A stretch of 64,000 nt of DNA, taken from Chloroflexota bacterium (lineage in GTDB: Bacteria > Chloroflexota > Dehalococcoidia > Lucifugimonadales > UBA826). The first letter of the stretch is position 1. Every line of letters starts with the position of its first letter. Shown here piece by piece: positions 57,503 through 64,000 of the stretch. The notes below the pieces were generated by a model. The model was not told where the DNA came from, made no database searches, and saw only the letters and a program-made list of their open reading frames with translations. The position numbers were made by a program, and so were the translations under genes. Where the stretch lies: NCBI GenBank assembly GCA_002722155.1, contig PBKS01000009.1, positions 2,748 to 66,747 of the forward strand, read 5' to 3'.

Positions 57503-57626
57503 GGTTTAATCCTAGATTTCCTCATACTAAAATTTAATATAACTAATACAACGATCCGATTATATCAGTCAGGTTTTACAATTTAATAAAACACGCGTAC
57601 AAAAAACATTTCAAAAAGGAATAATA

Positions 57627-57863
57627 ATGACTCCACATGGAATATCCATAAAAAACGCCTCGGAAGGGAAAAGAATCAATGTCACCTGTGAACACGTTGC
57701 GGGAGTTATTTACATAGTCCCGAGTAAGTCCAGCTGGGTCTGTACCAAGGAAAACATAGGAGCTCATGCAATTGCTGGATTTTTTCGAGAACTCTCAGAT
57801 CTCGAAAACTCTCAAATAGAACAAATTATGCAAAAATGGGGGATTTACTATCGAACCATGTAG
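57627..57863 (+). CDS. Hypothetical 78-aa protein
   Basis: AAAGGA 5 nt upstream of the ATG and a balanced composition. The overlapping antisense ORF 57576..57767 looks worse. No family recognised. Confidence 0.35.
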   Translation: MTPHGISIKNASEGKRINVTCEHVAGVIYIVPSKSSWVCTKENIGAHAIAGFFRELSDLENSQIEQIMQKWGIYYRTM

Positions 57864-57889
57864 TCTAGCCATAAAAAGGCCGAGTAATA

Positions 57890-58966
57890 TTAATCCATCA
57901 TCCTGTCATCATCCAATTGAGCGTCACCGGATAATATTCTCGGAATCATCGGCGAAAAAACATCCTCATCTCCCGATTCTGTATCATCATCCGACCAATC
58001 TTTCAGATCCGATAACTTACCTACGTCATTGAAGCCATAGCCTAACGCAGCGGTAGGTATGTCTGACATCAGTCCAAACTTAGCAGGAAATGAGGTTTTA
58101 TTAGATTGTGAAGGATGCCTATAAGTTTCCCTGATTATAACGGTCACACCTTCCTCTCCTGCGCTCGTTATGTTCGCCGAATAGGTGTTCCCTCCTTCAA
58201 CCAATTTTTTCAACCTTACTCCAAGTTTCGGTTCTATACTACCTATTTCTATTCCCTTGTCATCTAATATTCTAATCCCTCTATCTACAGTGATTATGTC
58301 CACACTATGCCCTGCAACCAAGTTTGTTACATCAAAGTTTCTAGGTATATTAACCAGCTTTGTTACTCCAGTACGTCCTGTCTCCTCAATAAATGATTTA
58401 CCGGACATAGAAATAGAATCAGCCACAGCTGCTTTAAATACGGTACCTTTTTCCAATCGTTTCATATTCTTTTTTGCAATGGGACTGTTAGGAGAAATCA
58501 CAAGAGCACATTCAAAAGCTTGAATTGCTTTCTTGTTTTGTCCTTTTTCACTCAAGGCCTTCCCAAGCCGATTATAAGATTCAAGATCCCATGGAAATTT
58601 TTCAATTATTTCCGTATTGGTTTCCATAGCTCTGGACCAATCATTCGCCATGGCTCTTTCTACTGCTATTTTAGTATTTTCTTTTCTAATTCTTTCTAAT
58701 GACATTGAAGCCTGATAGGCAGCATGGGCTTCAGCACTTTTCTCCAACTTTAAAAGAGCATCTCCAAGTCTCGAGTATGCTTCATGATCCCCTGCATTGA
58801 CATCAATCATACCCAAATTGGCATCAGCTGCTTCCTGAAAAAGACCATAATGCATCAATTGTTCAGCTTCTTTAGCTTTTTCTTTTCGGAAACCCAAAAC
58901 AGAAGTTAATTCTTTTGAATTCACTACAATCACCCTTTTATCGCAACTTTTATTTGCATGAGGCAT
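57890..58966 (-). CDS. TPR-repeat protein with uncharacterised C-terminal domain and acidic tail
   Basis: Several TPR-like units (AYSRLGDALLKLEKSAEA ..., SYNRLGKALSEKGQNKKAIQAFECALVISPN). Confidence 0.6.
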   Translation of the reverse strand: MPHANKSCDKRVIVVNSKELTSVLGFRKEKAKEAEQLMHYGLFQEAADANLGMIDVNAGDHEAYSRLGDALLKLEKSAEAHAAYQASMSLERIRKENTKIAVERAMANDWSRAMETNTEIIEKFPWDLESYNRLGKALSEKGQNKKAIQAFECALVISPNSPIAKKNMKRLEKGTVFKAAVADSISMSGKSFIEETGRTGVTKLVNIPRNFDVTNLVAGHSVDIITVDRGIRILDDKGIEIGSIEPKLGVRLKKLVEGGNTYSANITSAGEEGVTVIIRETYRHPSQSNKTSFPAKFGLMSDIPTAALGYGFNDVGKLSDLKDWSDDDTESGDEDVFSPMIPRILSGDAQLDDDRMMD

Positions 58967-59029
58967 TCTAATCAGGAGTTTTTTCTAAGTGCAATATGTT
59001 TTTCCCCTATAATCATGGCAACCTCTGAT

Positions 59030-59806
59030 CTAGTCCCTCGACCTAGTCAGAATCTTAAGTATCCCCATTAATCCAAAAAAATGTAGGCGCTTCAATGTGA
59101 CTTTTATCATTGCCTCAATTATTATTGACATTGACAGCTTCGAGTAACCAGACATCCGATCATTGAAAATGATCGGATATTCTTTGACTATAAAACTACT
59201 GTTTTGACACTCCATAGCAACTTCTACTTGAAAACCAAACCCCACACAGCGAATATCCTCCCAAACAATATTTTTTAAAACCGTGGATCTAAAAATTTTA
59301 AATCCTGATGTGCAGTCACACACCGCCAATCCAGAAATAAACCGAATCAACCAGTTACCTCCAATACTTAGTATTTTTCTACATAAACTCCATTCCTTAA
59401 CTGAACCTCCACCCTCATAGTATCGGGACCCAACAACCACGTCGCTCTCATCAAGCATGCTAATCATTTCTGGCAAATAGACAGGGCTGTGAGACAAGTC
59501 TGCATCCATTTGAACCACAACAACCTCCTCCCCTGAGATTTGCCTTAAAACCTCACGAAATCCATCCCTGTATGCTGTTCCTAGCCCCTCTTTCCCATTC
59601 CGTCTCAATAATGAAACGGAATATTCGTTAGTTTCTGCAAAGGCTTTAGCGATTTCAAAAGTGCCGTCCGGGGAGTCATCATCAACAATCAAAACGTGGG
59701 TATTTGGCAACCCTAGATCAAAAATCCCCTCGAGAAGCATCGTGATATTCTCTACCTCATTGTAAGTAGGAATTACGATGTGAATAGGAACTTGATTACT
59801 GCTCAT
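59030..59806 (-). CDS. GT2 glycosyltransferase, polyprenol-phosphate mannose synthase (Dpm1/Ppm1)-like
   Basis: VIPTYNE, VDDDSPDGT, MDADLSH. Confidence 0.8.
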   Translation of the reverse strand: MSSNQVPIHIVIPTYNEVENITMLLEGIFDLGLPNTHVLIVDDDSPDGTFEIAKAFAETNEYSVSLLRRNGKEGLGTAYRDGFREVLRQISGEEVVVVQMDADLSHSPVYLPEMISMLDESDVVVGSRYYEGGGSVKEWSLCRKILSIGGNWLIRFISGLAVCDCTSGFKIFRSTVLKNIVWEDIRCVGFGFQVEVAMECQNSSFIVKEYPIIFNDRMSGYSKLSMSIIIEAMIKVTLKRLHFFGLMGILKILTRSRD

Positions 59807-59840
59807 TTCCCGATTTCAGCTTTGTTGTTTAAGATAAAAT

Positions 59841-60563
59841 TCAATTGCCAGTTGAAAAAAACAATCTGATTCTCATAAACAATATGTCTTTAGCCATTTG
59901 AAAAACAGCAGACCTAAATTTAACTTTGCTTTCCTCACCGTGGTACCAATTAATTGGAATTTCAGATACTAAAAATCTGTGTCGTTCAGCTAACAGTAAA
60001 GCTTCAACATCAAATGCCCAACCTTTGGTTTTCAAAACCGGAAAAATCTTTTCTGCTGCTTCCGAAGAAAAACATTTAAATCCACATTGAGTATCACTAT
60101 ATTTTCGTAAAGCAACCACCTTTACAAATAAATTAAATATTCTCCCTGATAAATAGCGGAATTTAGGTTCTTCATACCGGTTAGAACCAATCAATTCCCT
60201 TGATCCTATGGCTATGTCACAACCGTTCTTTAATTCCGTGAGAAACAGTTTGATTTGTTCCAATGGCATAGCCAAATCAGCATCGCACATAAACCTATAC
60301 TTACCACGAGCCGCAATCATTCCGGCCTTCACCGCCGAACCTTTACCCTTATGAGGCAAGCTTAGTATGTGAAAATTGGATTTCCCTTGGGAAAAATCTC
60401 TCGCTATGCGCAAGGTTGAGTCATAACTTCCATCGTCACACAGGATTACTTCATAACTATACTTTTGGTTGCTGAGGTATTCGTATATGGTCACCAGACT
60501 CATCTTTATTCGGCGCGACTCATTATACGAGGGAATTATTAGTGAAAGATCAATATCAGTCAC
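59841..60563 (-). CDS. GT2 glycosyltransferase (dolichyl-phosphate glucosyltransferase-like)
   Basis: IIPSYNES, CDDGSYDST, CDADLAMP. Confidence 0.8.
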   Translation of the reverse strand: MTDIDLSLIIPSYNESRRIKMSLVTIYEYLSNQKYSYEVILCDDGSYDSTLRIARDFSQGKSNFHILSLPHKGKGSAVKAGMIAARGKYRFMCDADLAMPLEQIKLFLTELKNGCDIAIGSRELIGSNRYEEPKFRYLSGRIFNLFVKVVALRKYSDTQCGFKCFSSEAAEKIFPVLKTKGWAFDVEALLLAERHRFLVSEIPINWYHGEESKVKFRSAVFQMAKDILFMRIRLFFSTGN

Positions 60564-60587
60564 TTTAGTAACGAATATACCTTTTTA

Positions 60588-61820
60588 TTAATCAGATCGC
60601 TCCAATTCAAATGCTGCATGAAGTACCTCCGCTGCTTCCCCAACCATTTCCGCCCCAATTATGCAGGTAATCCTAATTTCAGAAGTCGTAATCATCTCTA
60701 TGTTGATGTTAGCTTCAGAAAGTGCCCGAAACATCGTCGAGGCATATCCTGGAGAGTCTTGCATACCGGTGCCTACTATACTAATTTTGGCCAAATTCTC
60801 CGTTTTCCCGACGTTGGTAGTACCAAGGTTGTTTGCAACTTCTTCAACCACTTTCATAGCTCTGTTAACGTCTGATTGTTTAACTGTAAACGTCAGATCA
60901 GTGGTACCTGATACGCTAGCATTTTGAACGATAATGTCTACACTTATATCGGATTCAGCAAGTGGGTCAAATAAATCAGCCGCTATTCCTGGCCTATCAA
61001 CTACTGAAAAAACCGTGATTTTGGCCACATCCTTGTCAGTTGCTATACCCCTCACTCTATTACGTATCTCACCAACCGTTGAGTCCATATTACCTCCATC
61101 ATAAATTAAAGTCCCCGGTTCATCGTTAAAACTTGAAGCTACCAAAATAGGAACCTGATATGCCATACCCAATTCTATTGACCGAGGGTTCATTTTGGCT
61201 CCGTAACTTGCTAATTCCAACATTTCTTCAAAGCCTATCTGCGTCATTTTTTGAGCCTCCGGAACTAACCGAGGATCTGCCGTATATATTCCTTCCACAT
61301 CTGTATAAATTTCACAACGATCAGCATTCAATCCGGCTGCCAAAGCTACTGCGGTCAAATCAGAAGCACCTCTTCCTAAAGTTGTAATATCACTATCACT
61401 GGTTACTCCTTGAAATCCCGCCACAATTACTATATTTTGAGCCTCTAATTCTACGAGTATTCTGCTAGTATCGATATCTGCAATTTTGGCTTTTCCATGT
61501 GAAGAATCCGTTCGTATCCCTGCTTGAGCTCCACTTAAACTAACCGCTTTTTTTCCCATATCTTTAAGCGCCATAGTAAGTAGTGCACATGATTGCAGTT
61601 CACCAGTTGACAGCAATACATCTAATTCCCTTAAGTCAGGCATTACCGAAACTTGAGAAGCAATAGAAAGCAAATTATCTGTGGAATCACCCATCGCTGA
61701 AACTGTAGCCACTACGCTATTTCCTGAATCGTGAGTCGCACATATTTTCGCGGCAACGCTCTTTATCAAGTCCGGGGTTGCCAAGGATGATCCACCATAT
61801 TTTTGTATTATGACCGGCAA
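60588..61820 (-). CDS. lysC: Aspartate kinase
   Basis: VIIQKYGGSSL, kinase domain plus two C-terminal ACT domains. Confidence 0.9.
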   Translation of the reverse strand: MPVIIQKYGGSSLATPDLIKSVAAKICATHDSGNSVVATVSAMGDSTDNLLSIASQVSVMPDLRELDVLLSTGELQSCALLTMALKDMGKKAVSLSGAQAGIRTDSSHGKAKIADIDTSRILVELEAQNIVIVAGFQGVTSDSDITTLGRGASDLTAVALAAGLNADRCEIYTDVEGIYTADPRLVPEAQKMTQIGFEEMLELASYGAKMNPRSIELGMAYQVPILVASSFNDEPGTLIYDGGNMDSTVGEIRNRVRGIATDKDVAKITVFSVVDRPGIAADLFDPLAESDISVDIIVQNASVSGTTDLTFTVKQSDVNRAMKVVEEVANNLGTTNVGKTENLAKISIVGTGMQDSPGYASTMFRALSEANINIEMITTSEIRITCIIGAEMVGEAAEVLHAAFELERSD

Positions 61821-61830
61821 ATTTAATCCT

Positions 61831-62730
61831 TTAGTTCTCTAAGTAGGCCCCTTTTGAGGTTGGACAGGTAAAAATAATATCCCCATCTAGACCAGATTTC
61901 ATTGCTGCATCAGCCATCTCATACCCGATTGTATATTCTCTATCTTTTGTGAAAGCCAATATAGAACTACCAGCTCCAGACAAGAAAGCTCCCAATGCCC
62001 CTGCCTCCATAGCAGCTCGTATTATGTTTTTCATCGGGAAAAATTGCCTTTGCCTCTGTGGTTGATGCAACATATCCTGGGTAGCATATTTGAGATTGTG
62101 CAAATCACCGGAAATCAGGGATTGAACGAGCAGAGCTGCTCTTCCGATGTTATATACCGCCTCCTTTCTTGCAACTTTTGGACCGAGTATATTTCTAGCT
62201 TGGTCAGTTGGCATAATTTGATTCGGTACATATAAAACAACTTTTAAATCTTCTGGAAAAGTAACACTTGCCGTAATCAATTCGTCCTGATCGTAAATAC
62301 CAATCTGTACTCCACCCAAAAGAGCTGGAGCGACATTATCTGGATGGTTTTCGATTTTAGCCCCGATGTTCAATATCTCAGGTATGGAAAGAGGGAATCC
62401 TGCTAAAGCATTGCCACTCATCAAGCCACCTAGCAAGGCCGCCGAACTACTGCCCATACCCCGTGTTAATGGAATTTGGTTGACACATTCAAACGCGACT
62501 TCTGGGATGGGTTCTCCGATCTTTTCAAACACCTGGCAAAAACTTTTATAAACCAAGTTGTCAGCATCAGTTGGCAATTCATTTTCACCTTTCCCTGACA
62601 CTTTTATAGAAAAAGTTCCTTTGGAGATTCTCACTTCATTCCATATATCAAGAGCGATGCCTAAGCTATCAAAGCCTGGTCCCATATTGGCCGAAGTGGC
62701 GGGGATTTTTACTACTATATCATCAATCAT
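61831..62730 (-). CDS. thrB: Homoserine kinase
   Basis: PATSANMGPGFD, GMGSSSA GHMP motif. Confidence 0.9.
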   Translation of the reverse strand: MIDDIVVKIPATSANMGPGFDSLGIALDIWNEVRISKGTFSIKVSGKGENELPTDADNLVYKSFCQVFEKIGEPIPEVAFECVNQIPLTRGMGSSSAALLGGLMSGNALAGFPLSIPEILNIGAKIENHPDNVAPALLGGVQIGIYDQDELITASVTFPEDLKVVLYVPNQIMPTDQARNILGPKVARKEAVYNIGRAALLVQSLISGDLHNLKYATQDMLHQPQRQRQFFPMKNIIRAAMEAGALGAFLSGAGSSILAFTKDREYTIGYEMADAAMKSGLDGDIIFTCPTSKGAYLEN

Positions 62731-62842
62731 TTTGATCTAAGGATTATATCATTCCTAGCTAATAATATTGGTACTGATAGAATATCGACGCATAGTGTGA
62801 AACGTCCATTAAAGCAAAAAATTATCCGAAAGAAGATTCTAA

Positions 62843-64000
62843 GTGACCGGTCAGTCCTACAGAAGACAACAAATTTTATCCAGAAGTCTAGGATTAATTG
62901 ATTACGATTACATCAAGAGACAAGTCGCCACTTTTTGCACCTTCCCGGGATCGAAGAATATAGCCATGAAAATGCTTCCATCGTATATCCAGGAAGAAGT
63001 ATATCAACTACAATCTGAAACCACCGAAGGTGTAAATCTAATTTCAAACATTGGTTCTTTTTCTCTTGGCGGAATCAAAAATCATGGTGAAAGTATAAAA
63101 ATAGCTAAGCTTGGAGGAGTACTAACAGGGCAAGAACTTCTAGTAATAGCTAACAGTATAGAAGCTCTATTAAATGCCAGAAAATCTGTATTAGATCACG
63201 AAGAAGAATTGCCTGTGTTACTAGAACTAGCAAGGAAAATTCCTGACCTGTCCTATCTCGCCTATTCGATCACTTCAAAAATTGCCAATAATGGAATGGT
63301 AAAAGACGAAGCAAGCCCAAGCCTTGGAAATACTCGGAAACAAGTTCGAGAGTCATATTCCAGAGTCACAAATGCGCTTGAATCTATTATTTTTGAATCA
63401 GAAATGTCGGGTACAATCCAAGACGATGTGATTTCTGTACGTGGAGACCGATTGGTAATCCAAGTAAAAGCGAATATGAGAAGTCGAGTACCTGGAATAG
63501 TGCATGATGCTTCAAACACAGGTATGACTTTGTTCATAGAACCATTCAAAACAGTAAGCTTGTGTAATTCCTGGAGAGAATTTTCACTGGAAGAAGAACG
63601 TGCAGTCCTGAGAGTACTGCAAGATTTGTCTGCTCAAGTCGGATCTCTATCCGAAGAAATAGATACTGGAATTCAGAACGCCGCAAATCTGGATTTTATT
63701 ATGGCCAAGGCAAAGTACAGCGTTTCTCTAAATGGTCTAGATACTATCTATGAAGCTCCAACACCTGCACATGATAAAAAAATAATAAAACTCGTTCACG
63801 CAAAGCATCCAATGTTGGGAGAACAAGCAGTACCTTTAAGCATTCAAATGGGGCCAAATTGGAACGTGCTCGTAATAACTGGCCCTAACACCGGAGGAAA
63901 AACTGTGGCGATAAAGACAGTAGGACTCCTAGTTGCGATGAGCCAGTCTGGAATCCAAATTCCCGCTGCTGCTGGTAGCCAACTCCCATTTTTTAACGGT
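62843..64000 (+). CDS. mutS2: Endonuclease MutS2, 3' partial (runs off the window end; absent from the ORF track because it has no stop)
   Basis: The frame is open from GTG 62843 (preceded by TAA) to base 64000. It ends in VLVITGPNTGGKTVAIKTVGLL (MutS Walker A). The start codon is uncertain. Confidence 0.85.
   Translation, partial: MTGQSYRRQQILSRSLGLIDYDYIKRQVATFCTFPGSKNIAMKMLPSYIQEEVYQLQSETTEGVNLISNIGSFSLGGIKNHGESIKIAKLGGVLTGQELLVIANSIEALLNARKSVLDHEEELPVLLELARKIPDLSYLAYSITSKIANNGMVKDEASPSLGNTRKQVRESYSRVTNALESIIFESEMSGTIQDDVISVRGDRLVIQVKANMRSRVPGIVHDASNTGMTLFIEPFKTVSLCNSWREFSLEEERAVLRVLQDLSAQVGSLSEEIDTGIQNAANLDFIMAKAKYSVSLNGLDTIYEAPTPAHDKKIIKLVHAKHPMLGEQAVPLSIQMGPNWNVLVITGPNTGGKTVAIKTVGLLVAMSQSGIQIPAAAGSQLPFFNG

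Noticed and set aside
57576-57767. 63-aa minus-strand ORF overlapping the 78-aa plus-strand ORF
   Set aside because: It has aromatic/Cys-rich junk composition and no SD. The plus-strand alternative is the better, though still weak, candidate.
1-64000. Looked for CRISPR arrays, rRNA, IS elements, integrases, prophage genes and long direct DNA repeats
   Set aside because: None seen. There are no regularly spaced repeats, no transposase/integrase-like ORFs and no rRNA-like conserved stretches. Paralogy (NHL, SDR, MDR, Opp ATPases) is at the protein level only.

Overview
This is a gene-dense, AT-rich chromosomal window (about 40% GC by eye, not computed) from a free-living bacterium. I saw no rRNA, tRNA, CRISPR array, transposase or integrase.

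Housekeeping content:
- Ribosomal and replication genes: yceD-rpmF-fabD-nusB-acpP, and rpsF-ssb-rpsR.
- Chaperone and heme genes: hspR-grpE-dnaK, and ilvD followed by ccmC/D/E.
- Amino-acid genes: hom, lysC-thrB, trpA-aroH.
- Other core genes: fabF-folC, apt, thyX, rsmG, and a partial mutS2.

The rest is a large set of paralogous catabolic genes. It includes four SDRs, two MDR alcohol dehydrogenases and two NHL beta-propellers. It also includes a TcuA-like flavoprotein, a TPP enzyme, an amidase, FAH, PTE and MOSC proteins, DUF3500, two MFS transporters and a membrane Fe-S/CCG oxidoreductase.

The gene content fits a marine Chloroflexota (SAR202 / Dehalococcoidia-like) genome. Supporting features are CxxxY-type CcmE, a cytoplasmic RdhA-like protein, HspR, ThyX, an LprG-like lipoprotein next to an MFS pump, and the SDR/MDR/NHL paralog load. 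This placement is inference only.

Most notable observations:
1. An ArsC/Spx-family gene is interrupted only by an in-frame TGA at the redox-cysteine position, giving U-x-x-C. It is likely a selenoprotein that ORF calling truncates.
2. A tightly coupled pair encodes a wHTH-fused BpsA/DUF43-like aminopropyltransferase and a standalone DUF2156 protein (MprF C-terminal, aminoacyl-tRNA transferase fold).
3. A 671-aa OLD/ABC-type ATPase with a degenerate Toprim-like tail sits directly upstream of folC-fabF.
4. A signal-less reductive-dehalogenase-family protein is present.
5. Two orphan Opp/Dpp ATPases share an extra Cys-rich C-terminal tail.
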